From Gammaproteobacteria bacterium (GTDB taxonomy: Bacteria; Pseudomonadota; Gammaproteobacteria; Steroidobacterales; Steroidobacteraceae), in NCBI GenBank assembly GCA_018970145.1, contig JAGWWY010000010.1:21783-85782 (forward strand): DNA of 64,000 nucleotides, written 5' to 3'. Below are positions 1 through 10,337 of the stretch, in pieces (the first letter of the stretch is position 1; every line of letters begins with the position of its first letter). A program made the position numbers and the translations under genes. The notes beneath the pieces were generated by a model. It was not told where the DNA came from. It searched no databases and saw only the letters and a list, made by a program, of their open reading frames with translations.

Positions 1-1044
1 CTTGCGCAAACCTTGGCGCTACAAGCGTTGCATTCGGATGCGCGCGTCGTCCTCGTCTCCAAGGACATTAACCTGCGCATCAAGGCGGCCGTCGTCGGCG
101 TGCACGCGGAAGACTATTTCAGCGATCGCGCCATCGAAGATGCAGATGTGCTTTCACCGGGACACGAGGCCTTGCCCGCCGACTTCTGGGAACGGCACGG
201 CAAAAACATGCGTTCCTGGAAAGAAGGGACCCGCACCTTCTACGAAATCTCCGGACCCGCCGTCGGCAAATGGATCCCCAACCAATTTGTCTACGAGGAG
301 CGTGACGGCGGTATTGAAGCCATCGTCCGCAAGCTCCAAGGTAATACTGCAACGCTCGAAATCGTGCGGGATTTTCGTGGTGACAAGCACGGTGTTTGGG
401 GCATCTGCGCACGTAATCGCGAACAAAATTTTGCACTCAACTTGCTGATGGATCCGGAAGTCGATTTCGTCTCGATATTGGGTCCCGCGGGCACCGGCAA
501 GACCCTGCTCACCTTGGCCGCCGGGCTCGTACAAACGCTGGAGCACAATCGATACGCCGAAATCATCATGACGCGTGTGACGATTCCGCTTGGCGAAGAC
601 ATCGGGTTCCTACCGGGAACCGAAGAAGAAAAAATGGAGCCCTGGATGGGCGCCTTGATGGACAACCTCGAGGTGCTGACGCAGAGCTCCGATGGCGGCA
701 GTTGGGGACGAGCGGCGACAAACGATCTGCTTCGTAATCGCATCAAAATCCGCTCACTGAACTTCATGCGTGGTCGAACCTTCCTCAACCGCTACGTTAT
801 CCTCGACGAGGCACAGAATCTCACCCCGAAGCAGATGAAGGCATTGGTGACGCGCGCCGGCCCCGGCACCAAGATCGTCTGCCTTGGCAACATCGCACAG
901 ATCGACACGCCCTACCTCACCGAGACCACCTCGGGCCTCACCTTCGTCGTGAGTCGATTCCAGGGCTGGGGTTACTCGGGCAACGTCACGCTCGTCCGTG
1001 GCGAGCGCTCGCGCCTCGCTGACTATGCATCGGAGACGCTCTGA
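1..1044 (+). CDS. PhoH-like ATPase of the PIN-PhoH (PhoH2) type, 5' end cut by the window edge
   Basis: The frame is open from nt 1. It has a Walker A (GPAGTGKTLL), a Walker B-like VILDEAQN and a PhoH-type C-terminal block. The first ~40 residues look like the end of a PIN domain. Confidence 0.8.
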   Translation, partial: LAQTLALQALHSDARVVLVSKDINLRIKAAVVGVHAEDYFSDRAIEDADVLSPGHEALPADFWERHGKNMRSWKEGTRTFYEISGPAVGKWIPNQFVYEERDGGIEAIVRKLQGNTATLEIVRDFRGDKHGVWGICARNREQNFALNLLMDPEVDFVSILGPAGTGKTLLTLAAGLVQTLEHNRYAEIIMTRVTIPLGEDIGFLPGTEEEKMEPWMGALMDNLEVLTQSSDGGSWGRAATNDLLRNRIKIRSLNFMRGRTFLNRYVILDEAQNLTPKQMKALVTRAGPGTKIVCLGNIAQIDTPYLTETTSGLTFVVSRFQGWGYSGNVTLVRGERSRLADYASETL

Positions 1045-1098
1045 TCGCGGCAGCGTTCACCGTTGAACTTGGATCCCCCGGCGTGGTCTAGTTCGAAC

Positions 1099-2622
1099 AT
1101 GCAGACTCGCTCGTCGGTTTCGGTTCGGCCTAGGGCAAGCCTGCGACCGTGCGTAATCCTCGCCCTAGCGGCGCTGACCGCCCTGGTCAGCGGCCGCGTA
1201 CCGGCGCAGGGCAATGCCATCGATCTGCCGAACATCGGCTCTGCGGCCAACTCGGCACTCACGCTCGGGGATGAATACCGCATCGGCTTGGCGGTGGTCC
1301 GTGGACTGCGCGAACAAGGACTGATCCTCGAAGATCCGGAAGTCACCGATTACATCCAGAACGTCGGCAGTCGTATCGCCTCGCAGGCCGCGGAGACGGA
1401 GCAACGCTTCCACTTTTTCGTAGTGCGCGAGGGCGACATCAACGCCTTCGCCCTTCCCGGCGGTTTCATTGGGGTCAACTACGGCCTCATCACCGCCACG
1501 GCCAACGAAGCCCAACTCGCCAGCGTGCTCGCGCACGAAATCGCGCACGTCACGCAACGCCATATCGCCCGTTCGATTCAGGCTCGCGGCCGCCAAGGCA
1601 TGGCCTCGGCGGCTGCGCTGTTGGCGGCCGTGCTGGTCGGTATGGCGACCGGTTCGAGCGACGCCATCCAAGCTGGCATCGCGATTTCTCAGGGCACCGC
1701 TGCACAGCAGCAGATCAACTTCACGCGTGCGAATGAGTACGAAGCTGATCGGATCGGTATCGGCTTTCTAGCAGCGGCCGGCTACGATTCGAACGCGATG
1801 CCCGATTTTTTTGAGACGCTCGGACGACGCGCAGGTCTCTCCGGAGCGCAGGTGCCGGAATTCCTGCGCACCCATCCAGTGACCACCAACCGCATCGCCG
1901 AATCACGTGATCGCGCCGCACAACTGGTGCCGAAGCTCACGCCGGAGAGTCCGTCCTATTCGTTCATCCGCGAGCGCGTTCGAGTGCTTGGCGCGCCCGG
2001 CGACAGCGACTTGCGTACGTACTACGCCGCGCTGACCGATCGCGCACCACTGAACTCCGCCCAACGCTACGGCCTCGCCTTGGCGCAATTGCGTGCCGGC
2101 GAGCGCGATCAGGCTGCGAGCACCCTGATCGAATTGTCTGCGTCACAACCTGAGAGCCCGCTGCTACAAGCCGCGCTCGGACAGGCACTGTTCGCCGCAG
2201 GCCAACTCGATCTCGCGCGTAACGGCCTCGCTAAAGCGCTGCAGGTCGCACCGCGAAACATTCCCCTGACCATTCGATATGCCGAAGTGCTGATGCAGAG
2301 CGGTCAATCGAAAGAGGCGCACCGGGTATTACTCGATCTGTTCAACAACGTTCCACCCACGCCGGAACAGATTCGACTCACCGCGGTGGCGGCCAGCGGC
2401 GCTGGCGACACCGCCGATGCGCATCACTACATGGCCGAGTATCACCTCGCCAACGGCGATCTACCGCTCGCGATCAAACAATTGGAGCTGGCCATCGCAC
2501 ACCCGGATATCAGCGCCGTGCAGCGCGCCCGATTCGAGGCGCGCAGCAAAGAAGTCCGAGATGCCTTGATCGAAAGTGGCAAACGCGGCAATCGATCGAC
2601 CCGAGCGAACACGGGAAACTGA
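1099..2622 (+). CDS. bepA: Periplasmic M48 metalloprotease/chaperone BepA (YfgC) with TPR region
   Basis: It carries the HEIAHVTQRH zinc motif, which nearly matches E. coli BepA HEISHVTQRH. It also has an N-terminal signal peptide and an Ala/Leu-rich TPR-like C-terminus. I prefer ATG 1099 over the in-frame TTG 1063. Confidence 0.85.
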   Translation: MQTRSSVSVRPRASLRPCVILALAALTALVSGRVPAQGNAIDLPNIGSAANSALTLGDEYRIGLAVVRGLREQGLILEDPEVTDYIQNVGSRIASQAAETEQRFHFFVVREGDINAFALPGGFIGVNYGLITATANEAQLASVLAHEIAHVTQRHIARSIQARGRQGMASAAALLAAVLVGMATGSSDAIQAGIAISQGTAAQQQINFTRANEYEADRIGIGFLAAAGYDSNAMPDFFETLGRRAGLSGAQVPEFLRTHPVTTNRIAESRDRAAQLVPKLTPESPSYSFIRERVRVLGAPGDSDLRTYYAALTDRAPLNSAQRYGLALAQLRAGERDQAASTLIELSASQPESPLLQAALGQALFAAGQLDLARNGLAKALQVAPRNIPLTIRYAEVLMQSGQSKEAHRVLLDLFNNVPPTPEQIRLTAVAASGAGDTADAHHYMAEYHLANGDLPLAIKQLELAIAHPDISAVQRARFEARSKEVRDALIESGKRGNRSTRANTGN

Positions 2623-2634
2623 TAAAATACGGCC

Positions 2635-3396
2635 ATGAGTTGTCGCGCCTTTCGTTGGCATGTACCGCTGCTTGCCGTGCTGTCGTTGTTGATATCCGGC
2701 TGCACCGCCACCGCCTCACGCGCGAGGGATACGCGGGATCCGCTCGAGTCGATCAATCGTGTGGCTCACCATTTCAACGAAGATCTCGATCGAGCGTTGC
2801 TGCGTCCGGTCGCGCGTGGCTACCACCGCGTCGTCCCGGAGCCAATACAAATCGGCGTCTCGAACGTCTTCTTCAACGCGAAGTATCCGGTGACGATGGT
2901 GAACAACGCCCTGCAGGGCAAGTTCGTACCGGCGCTCTCGGATCTCGGGCGCGTCACTCTGAACACGACGCTCGGCTTGGGAGGCGTGTTCGATCCGGCA
3001 ACTTCGGCAGGACTTGAGCGCCATGATGAAGACTTCGGTCAAACCTTGGGTGCCTGGGGTGTACCGAGCGGCTTCTATGTCGTCGTGCCGCTACTTGGAC
3101 CCTACACCCTCAGGGACGGCATCGGCAGCATCGTCGATGACTTCGCCGAGCCTCGTTCGTACCTCGAGGACGACGGCACGCGCTACGGTCTCTGGGCAGG
3201 CGATAAATTCGATCGCCGCGTTCGACTGCTTGACGCCGATGCGGTACTTGATCGCACGGGCGACAGCTACGCCTTCATTCGCAGCGCCTACCTGCAGCGG
3301 CGCGAATTTCTCGTCAAGGATGGCATCACGACAGGCGATGACCTCGAAGCCGAGCTCGAACAGGATCTGGCGGAAGATCCGCCGAGAGACCCTTAG
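2635..3396 (+). CDS. mlaA: Outer-membrane lipoprotein MlaA (VacJ)
   Basis: It has a lipobox (LLISGC) and a VacJ-family core (DPLESINR...GYxxVxP...LGxGGVFD). It lies next to mlaFEDCB. Confidence 0.9.
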   Translation: MSCRAFRWHVPLLAVLSLLISGCTATASRARDTRDPLESINRVAHHFNEDLDRALLRPVARGYHRVVPEPIQIGVSNVFFNAKYPVTMVNNALQGKFVPALSDLGRVTLNTTLGLGGVFDPATSAGLERHDEDFGQTLGAWGVPSGFYVVVPLLGPYTLRDGIGSIVDDFAEPRSYLEDDGTRYGLWAGDKFDRRVRLLDADAVLDRTGDSYAFIRSAYLQRREFLVKDGITTGDDLEAELEQDLAEDPPRDP

Positions 3397-3692
3397 ACGG
3401 GTAGCAACCCCTCGACTCCGCTGAGGCGCGCTAGCCGCAGTACAGTTGGTGGCAGAGCCACGTAGCGCAACTTTGCATCCTGCGCTTGCGCGAGAGCCAC
3501 AAGATCGAGCAACACCGCAAGACCTGCACTGTCGATACGCTCAAGACCGCTGCAGTCGATGCGGATGCTCTCGCCTGTGCCAAGGCAACGCTGTAATTGC
3601 GCATGAGCGGCGGCAGCCGTGGCAAAGCCAAGTGAACCGCTCAGGCGGCACAGTCCACTTTCGGGCTCGAGGGCAAGACGAAATTCGCTCAT
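3393..3692 (-). CDS. mlaB: STAS-domain protein MlaB
   Basis: It is a 99-aa STAS/anti-sigma-antagonist-like protein. It is the last gene of the mla operon and its start overlaps the mlaC stop by 4 nt. Confidence 0.75.
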   Translation of the reverse strand: MSEFRLALEPESGLCRLSGSLGFATAAAAHAQLQRCLGTGESIRIDCSGLERIDSAGLAVLLDLVALAQAQDAKLRYVALPPTVLRLARLSGVEGLLPV

Positions 3693-4342
3693 CCTTGGCG
3701 ACCCACACCTCGGTTCTGCGCTTGCAAGCGATCGATCACGGCATCGAGGCCTTTCTGATCGATCTCGGCGCCGAAATCCTCACGAAAACTCTTCACGTAG
3801 CTGATGCCTTCGATAACCACGTCCCAGACCTTCCATCCCGCCTCCGTCTTGCGCAGGGAATAGTTCACGGGCACGCGGGTGCCGTTGCTGCGGCGGACTT
3901 CCGTGCGAACACTGGCGGAAACCGCATCAGCCGGCACCGGCGTCGGCAGCACCTTGATGCGATCGCCCGTAAACTCGAGCAGGGCGTCGCCGTAGTTGCT
4001 CATCAACGACCCGTAGAAGGCATCGATGAATTGCTGACGCTGCTCGGGCGTGGCGCTGCGCCAATGCTTACCGAGCACCAGACGCGCCGCATGGTTGACG
4101 TCGAAATGCGGTAACAAAATACGATCGACCAACTCGCCCAGCTTCGCCGGATCCTTGCGCAGCTCGGCGCGTCGCGACTCGAGTTCACTGACCATCGCAT
4201 TGGCCGCTGTTTCGATCAGCGCATTGGGCTCACTCGCGTTCACGACGCTCGCACCAGGGGCGCGCGTCTGCGCCAGCGACGAAACGGAACCCAGCATCGA
4301 CGCCAGTACGAGGAGCAACAGCAGAATCGGGGATCGGATCAT
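3689..4342 (-). CDS. mlaC: Periplasmic phospholipid-binding protein MlaC (Ttg2D family)
   Basis: It has a signal peptide and Ttg2D/MlaC-like sequence. Its operon position is between mlaD and mlaB. Confidence 0.85.
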   Translation of the reverse strand: MIRSPILLLLLVLASMLGSVSSLAQTRAPGASVVNASEPNALIETAANAMVSELESRRAELRKDPAKLGELVDRILLPHFDVNHAARLVLGKHWRSATPEQRQQFIDAFYGSLMSNYGDALLEFTGDRIKVLPTPVPADAVSASVRTEVRRSNGTRVPVNYSLRKTEAGWKVWDVVIEGISYVKSFREDFGAEIDQKGLDAVIDRLQAQNRGVGRQG

Positions 4343-4352
4343 GGGCGTTTCC

Positions 4353-4847
4353 TTACTCGGTCTTGTCCGTAGCCGTGCCGGCGTCCTTGCTCGCGAAGTT
4401 GGCGAAGAACTTGTTCACTAACGACTCGAGCACGATCGCCGATTGCGTGAACTCGATTTGACTTCCTGGCTTGAGGAAAGTTTCGGATCCGCCGGGACCG
4501 ATCCCGACGTACTTTCCACCGAGCAATCCCTGCGTCTGGATGCTGGCATCGCTGTCATCCGGAATACGATCGAACGATGATTCGATCTGCAGCGAAACCG
4601 CGGCGCGGTAGTCGTTCGGATCGAAGCGGATTTCCTCGACGCGGCCAATTCGGACGCCCGCCATGCTGACCGGCGATCCCACTTTCAAGTCGCCGACATT
4701 GTCGAATTTCGCCGTAACGCGATAGCCGGTCGGCTCGCCGAGCGAGAGTCCGCTGCCAGGTAATTGCGTCGTCAAAAAGAACAATGCGGCAAAGCCAAGT
4801 AGGACGAACAGGCCAGTGCCGATTTCGAGCGAACGTTGCGGTTTCAT
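4353..4847 (-). CDS. mlaD: MCE-domain protein MlaD
   Basis: It has an N-terminal TM helix followed by an MCE domain (YRVTAKFDNVGDLKVGSPVSMAGVRIGRV). Confidence 0.9.
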   Translation of the reverse strand: MKPQRSLEIGTGLFVLLGFAALFFLTTQLPGSGLSLGEPTGYRVTAKFDNVGDLKVGSPVSMAGVRIGRVEEIRFDPNDYRAAVSLQIESSFDRIPDDSDASIQTQGLLGGKYVGIGPGGSETFLKPGSQIEFTQSAIVLESLVNKFFANFASKDAGTATDKTE

Positions 4848-4853
4848 TCTGAT

Positions 4854-5600
4854 TTACCTTCCGAGAAAAGCGGCGGTCAGCATGTAGTCGATCAACAGGA
4901 CGAGTACCGACGACACCACCACCGTGCGAGTCGTCGCGAGGCCCACGCCTTGCGCCGTCGGCGGTGCGTGATATCCCTCGTATACCGCGATCAGGCTGCA
5001 GGCGAAGCCGAAGCAGAGGCTTTTGACGATCCCTTCGTTGACATCGTCGAGCTCGACCGCCGCCTGCATCTGCGACCAAAAGGCGCCCGGATCGACCGCC
5101 ATCAACTGAACACCGATCAGCTGCGCGCCGAACAGACCGACGATATCGAAAATCGCCACCAGCAACGGCATGGCGATGACGCCACCTAAAAAGCGCGGTG
5201 CGATGACATGACGCAGCGGATCGACCGCCATCATCTCCATGGCCGTCAATTGATCCGTCGCCCGCATCAGCCCGATTTCCGAGGTCAACGCCGTGCCCGC
5301 CCGCCCCGCAAACAACAAGGCCGTCACCACCGGGCCTAATTCTTTGAGTAAGCCAAGCGCCGCCGCTACGCCAAGGGCATCCTCGGAGCCAAAGCGCTGC
5401 AGAAGATCAAACCCCTGAAGGCCAAGTACCATGCCAACGAAGAGCCCGCAGAGCATGATGATGATCAGTGATCGCGCGCCGGCGTTATATATTTGATGGA
5501 TCACCGCGCGCGGCTTCGCGAGCGCCGCCGGACATTGACCGAGCACTCGCAGCAGAAACACGGCGACTGCACCGATGCGGCCCAAGCTCGCGCCGATCAC
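4854..5600 (-). CDS. mlaE: ABC permease MlaE
   Basis: It is a multi-pass membrane protein of the MlaE/Ttg2B family. Its GTG start overlaps the mlaF stop (GTGA). Confidence 0.9.
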   Translation of the reverse strand: MIGASLGRIGAVAVFLLRVLGQCPAALAKPRAVIHQIYNAGARSLIIIMLCGLFVGMVLGLQGFDLLQRFGSEDALGVAAALGLLKELGPVVTALLFAGRAGTALTSEIGLMRATDQLTAMEMMAVDPLRHVIAPRFLGGVIAMPLLVAIFDIVGLFGAQLIGVQLMAVDPGAFWSQMQAAVELDDVNEGIVKSLCFGFACSLIAVYEGYHAPPTAQGVGLATTRTVVVSSVLVLLIDYMLTAAFLGR

Positions 5601-6418
5601 GAGCGGCGCCTCCGCGGCTCGGCACGCCTTAGGATGTCGGCCGCCAAATCACCTGCCGGAAAATGGAACGGTACCGGACCATCCGCCGCCCCGCTCATGA
5701 ACTGGCGGACCACGGGCTCCTCGCTGCGCGCCAGTTCGTCCGGTGTTCCGGCGGCAACGATCCGCCCCTCTGACAAGAGATAACTGTAGTGCGCGATGCT
5801 CGCGAGCTCTTCAACGTCGTGCGAGACCACGATGCTCGTGACCCCGAGGGTCTCGTTGAGTTCGCGAATCAAACGCACGATCACGCCCATGGAAATCGGA
5901 TCGAGACCGACAAACGGTTCGTCGTAGATCAACAAGTCGGGATCCATCACGATGGCTCGCGCCAAGGCGACGCGTCGGGCCATGCCGCCAGAGAGCTGCG
6001 ACGGCATGAGCTCGGCGGCGCCGCGTAGGCCGACCGCCTCGAGTTTGGACAGCACGAGTCGTCGCAGCACCGACTCCGGTAAGCGCGCGTGCGCCCGCAC
6101 GGGAAACGCCACGTTCTCGAAGACGGTGAGGTCGGTCAGCAAGGCGCCGTTCTGGAACAGCATGCCGGTACGACGACGCAGCGCGTAAAGCCCAGCCTTG
6201 TCCACCTCCGCCACTGACTCGCCGAAGAGTTCAATCCGGCCACGATCGGCCAAGACTTGTCCGGTCAGTAGCCGCAAGAGTGTCGTTTTACCCGTTCCGC
6301 TCGGGCCCATCACCGCGGTGATCTGGCCCTGCGCGACATCGATATCCACCCCCGCAAAAATCGGCCTCGTGCCAACGGCGTAGTACAGGTCGCGGATGCA
6401 GACGGGAGGAGCGCTCAT
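5597..6418 (-). CDS. mlaF: ABC ATPase MlaF
   Basis: It has a Walker A (GPSGTGKTT), the LSGGMARR signature and a Walker B (LLIYDEP). I chose ATG 6418 (MSAPPV...) rather than the upstream alternative start at 6448. Confidence 0.9.
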   Translation of the reverse strand: MSAPPVCIRDLYYAVGTRPIFAGVDIDVAQGQITAVMGPSGTGKTTLLRLLTGQVLADRGRIELFGESVAEVDKAGLYALRRRTGMLFQNGALLTDLTVFENVAFPVRAHARLPESVLRRLVLSKLEAVGLRGAAELMPSQLSGGMARRVALARAIVMDPDLLIYDEPFVGLDPISMGVIVRLIRELNETLGVTSIVVSHDVEELASIAHYSYLLSEGRIVAAGTPDELARSEEPVVRQFMSGAADGPVPFHFPAGDLAADILRRAEPRRRRS

Positions 6419-6446
6419 GGAGGCGCGCGATATTACCAAACGGAGC

Positions 6447-6504
6447 AATAAATAACGGCTGACTGATGCAGTCCCGAATAAATCGGACTAAAATGGTGCC
6501 GTTT
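6447..6504. promoter_or_regulatory. Divergent mlaF / suf-regulator control region with a repeated AATAAAT(N)CGG motif and a TAAAAT -10-like box
   Basis: The region is AT-rich. AATAAATAACGG occurs at 6447-6458 and AATAAATCGG at 6477-6486, 30 nt apart. TAAAAT at 6489-6494 lies 10 nt before ATG 6505. No consensus -35 was found. Confidence 0.3.
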
Positions 6505-6924
6505 ATGATTCGCATCAGCAAAATGACCGACTACGCCACGGTGCTGCTAGCCGAGCTTGCCCGCGCGCCGCTGACGCAGCAGAGTGCCGCGACCCTGGCG
6601 GAGCGGACGCAGATCGCGTTGCCGACGGTCAGCAAGGCGCTCAAAGCCCTGCAACGCGCGGGGCTGGTGCGTTCGACGCGCGGCCTGCACGGCGGCTACA
6701 CCCTGGCGAGACCCGCGGCCGAGATCTCGGCTGCCACCATCCTCGATGCACTCGAGGGTCCGATCGCCGTCACTGACTGCGCCGCCGGCGCAGGTCAGTG
6801 CGAGCTGGAGACCACTTGTGGGGTGGGTCGCGCGTGGCAACGAGTGAATTTGTCGGTTCGTCGCTCGCTGTACGAAGTGAGTCTCGAGCAATTGGCCGGT
6901 CTGGATAAAGGTCCACGCACATGA
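6505..6924 (+). CDS. Rrf2-family transcriptional regulator (SUF/IscR-like, probable Fe-S sensing)
   Basis: It has an Rrf2 wHTH N-terminus ([15 protein letters not shown]...) and a Cys triad (C-x6-C-x5-[16 protein letters not shown]). Its stop overlaps the sufB ATG (ATGA). Confidence 0.85.
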   Translation: MIRISKMTDYATVLLAELARAPLTQQSAATLAERTQIALPTVSKALKALQRAGLVRSTRGLHGGYTLARPAAEISAATILDALEGPIAVTDCAAGAGQCELETTCGVGRAWQRVNLSVRRSLYEVSLEQLAGLDKGPRT

Positions 6925-8366
6925 GCGAGAACGCCCAACTCAATGAAATCGTCGGTCGTGGCTACCAGCACGGATTCGTCACCGACATCGAATCGGAAAG
7001 TTTGCCGCCCGGCCTCGATGAGGACGTAGTGCGGAAAATTTCGGCCATCAAGCGCGAGCCCGCGTTTTTGACCGAGTGGCGCCTGCGTGCCTATCGGCAC
7101 TGGCTCACCCTGCGTGAGCCCGAGTGGGCCCACGTTCGCGTACAGCCCATCAACTACCAAGACCTCTCCTACTACTCCGCGCCCAAGGCCAAGACCGACG
7201 GGCCCAAGAGCCTCGATGAGGTCGACCCGAAGTTACTCGCGACCTACGAAAAACTCGGTGTGCCGCTGCACGAGCGCGCGCGCCTCGCGGGCGTGGCAGT
7301 CGATGCCGTCTTCGACAGCGTTTCGGTCGCTACGACCTTCAAAGATCGACTCGAGAAAGCCGGCGTCGTGTTTTGCTCGTTCTCCGAGGCAGTACAGAAA
7401 CATCCGGATTTGATCGAGCGCTATCTCGGTAGCATCGTTCCGCACACCGACAACTACTACGCCTGCTTGAACTCGGCCGTGTTCTCCGACGGCTCGTTCG
7501 TTTATATCCCGAAGGGTGTCCGATGCCCAATGGAATTGTCGACTTACTTCCGCATCAACGCCGCCAAGACGGGCCAATTCGAGCGCACGCTGATCATCGC
7601 TGACGAGGGCAGCCACGTAAGCTACCTCGAGGGCTGCACGGCACCGATGCGCGATGAAAATCAGCTGCACGCGGCGGTGGTCGAACTCGTCGCCCTCGAG
7701 CACGCCGAAATCAAATACTCGACCGTGCAGAACTGGTACCCGGGTGATGAGAACGGGGTCGGCGGTATCTATAACTTCGTTACCAAACGCGGCGAGTGTC
7801 GTGGTCGAAATTCGAAGATTTCCTGGACCCAAGTTGAAACGGGATCCGCTATCACGTGGAAATATCCCAGTTGCGTGCTTCGCGGCGAGAACTCGGTCGG
7901 CGAGTTCTACTCGGTCGCGTTGGCCAATCATCGTCAGCAGGCCGATACCGGTACGAAGATGATTCATATCGGCGCCAATACGCGCAGTACCATCGTCTCG
8001 AAAGGTATCTCGGCAGGCCACGGTCAAAACACCTACCGTGGCCTCGTCAAGATTCTCCCGACGGCCAGCGGCGCTCGTAACTTCACGCAGTGCGATTCCT
8101 TGCTGATGGGCGGAGATTGCGGCGCGCACACCTTTCCCTATGTCGAAGTCAAGAATCCGACCGCGACCGTCGAACACGAAGCATCGACATCGCGCATCAG
8201 TGAAGACCAGCTCTTCTACTGCCTGCAGCGCGGGATCGCCGAGGAGGATGCCGTCAACATGATCGTGAACGGTTTTTGCAAAAGCGTGTTCAAAGAGTTG
8301 CCGATGGAGTTTGCCGTGGAAGCACAGAACCTGCTCGCAGTCAGTCTCGAAGGCTCAGTCGGCTGA
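6921..8366 (+). CDS. sufB: Fe-S cluster assembly scaffold SufB
   Basis: It matches SufB strongly along its full length (481 aa). Confidence 0.95.
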   Translation: MSENAQLNEIVGRGYQHGFVTDIESESLPPGLDEDVVRKISAIKREPAFLTEWRLRAYRHWLTLREPEWAHVRVQPINYQDLSYYSAPKAKTDGPKSLDEVDPKLLATYEKLGVPLHERARLAGVAVDAVFDSVSVATTFKDRLEKAGVVFCSFSEAVQKHPDLIERYLGSIVPHTDNYYACLNSAVFSDGSFVYIPKGVRCPMELSTYFRINAAKTGQFERTLIIADEGSHVSYLEGCTAPMRDENQLHAAVVELVALEHAEIKYSTVQNWYPGDENGVGGIYNFVTKRGECRGRNSKISWTQVETGSAITWKYPSCVLRGENSVGEFYSVALANHRQQADTGTKMIHIGANTRSTIVSKGISAGHGQNTYRGLVKILPTASGARNFTQCDSLLMGGDCGAHTFPYVEVKNPTATVEHEASTSRISEDQLFYCLQRGIAEEDAVNMIVNGFCKSVFKELPMEFAVEAQNLLAVSLEGSVG

Positions 8367-8377
8367 AGGGGATCATC

Positions 8378-9127
<750 letters not shown>

Positions 9128-9131
9128 TCCC

Positions 9132-10337
9132 ATGACCGCCAGCTCCACCACGGCCCCAGCGCGAGCACCGACGAATCGCGACGAAAACTGGAAGTACGCG
9201 AACCTGCGCGCGTTATCGCGGATTTCGTTCGAGGCGACCGCGGCCGACCGCAGAGCAGACCCGATCGCCGTGGCGCTACCTGCCCGAACGACGGCGTGTC
9301 GTCTGGTGTTGATCGATGGCGAATACTCGGCCATCAACTCCGACGCCTTGCCGAACGGCGCTGAACTGCGCATCGATACGGGTTCCGCGACGGCCGAGAG
9401 CGCATCGGTTGACCACTATTATCTGAACCTCAATCGTCGAGGACGTCGCGAGACCCTGCGATTGCGCGTGCTGGAGGGTCAGCGCGTGCAATTGGAAATC
9501 CTGCATGTCGCAACTCATGTCGGACAACCCGCGATCGAAGTGCAGATCGACTCGAGCGCCGAACTCACCCTGATCGAGCGCTACATCAGCCTCGACACCG
9601 CCACCGCCGTCACCAATCTCGCTCTTGATCTCAGACTCGCCGAGCACGCCAAACTCTACCTCGCGCGCTGGCAACACTACGCGAGCCCCGCCTCGCACAT
9701 TGAAACGCTGAACTTGGTCTTGGGTGCATCGAGTGAATGTGACCTCACGCAGGTCACGAGCGCCGAGCACAGCGAGACCGCCGTATCGAGTCGCTCGACC
9801 GTTTTCGTCACCCACGCCGGCGAGGGTGCACGTTTGCATTGGCATAGCGCGACGATCGCCGATGGCCAACAGCAGCACGATGCCTACGTGCGCATCGATC
9901 ATCAGGCGCGGCGCGTGCAAACGCAGCAAGTTTTCCGTGGTATTGCAAGCGGCCGCAGTAAGATCGGTTTCAACGGGCACATGCTCGTCGGCTCGTCGGC
10001 CCACGGCGCGCACTCGGGGCAATCGCTCAAGACCTTGCTCGCAGGTACGGAAGCGGAAGCCAATGTTCGCCCGCAGCTCGAGATCTACACCAACGAAGTG
10101 ACTGCGACGCACGGTGCGACCGTCGGCAAGCTCGACGCGGACATGCTCTTCTACCTCCTCTCGCGGGGTCTCGATCCGGGCACGGCCGAGTCGCTACTCA
10201 AATGGGCGTTCGTCAGCGACGTACTGACTCGTCTACCCACGGTCGAGTTGCGACACCAAATCGAGGCGAGACTCGTCCTTCAGCTGCCAGGTGCCATCGC
10301 CGCGCGGCAGTCATCGGCACAGGAGACCGCTGGATGA
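9132..10337 (+). CDS. sufD: Fe-S cluster assembly protein SufD
   Basis: It has a SufD beta-helix C-terminal block (EANVRPQLEIYTNEVTATHGATVGKLD...LFYLLSRG). The start is ATG 9132. Confidence 0.85.
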   Translation: MTASSTTAPARAPTNRDENWKYANLRALSRISFEATAADRRADPIAVALPARTTACRLVLIDGEYSAINSDALPNGAELRIDTGSATAESASVDHYYLNLNRRGRRETLRLRVLEGQRVQLEILHVATHVGQPAIEVQIDSSAELTLIERYISLDTATAVTNLALDLRLAEHAKLYLARWQHYASPASHIETLNLVLGASSECDLTQVTSAEHSETAVSSRSTVFVTHAGEGARLHWHSATIADGQQQHDAYVRIDHQARRVQTQQVFRGIASGRSKIGFNGHMLVGSSAHGAHSGQSLKTLLAGTEAEANVRPQLEIYTNEVTATHGATVGKLDADMLFYLLSRGLDPGTAESLLKWAFVSDVLTRLPTVELRHQIEARLVLQLPGAIAARQSSAQETAG

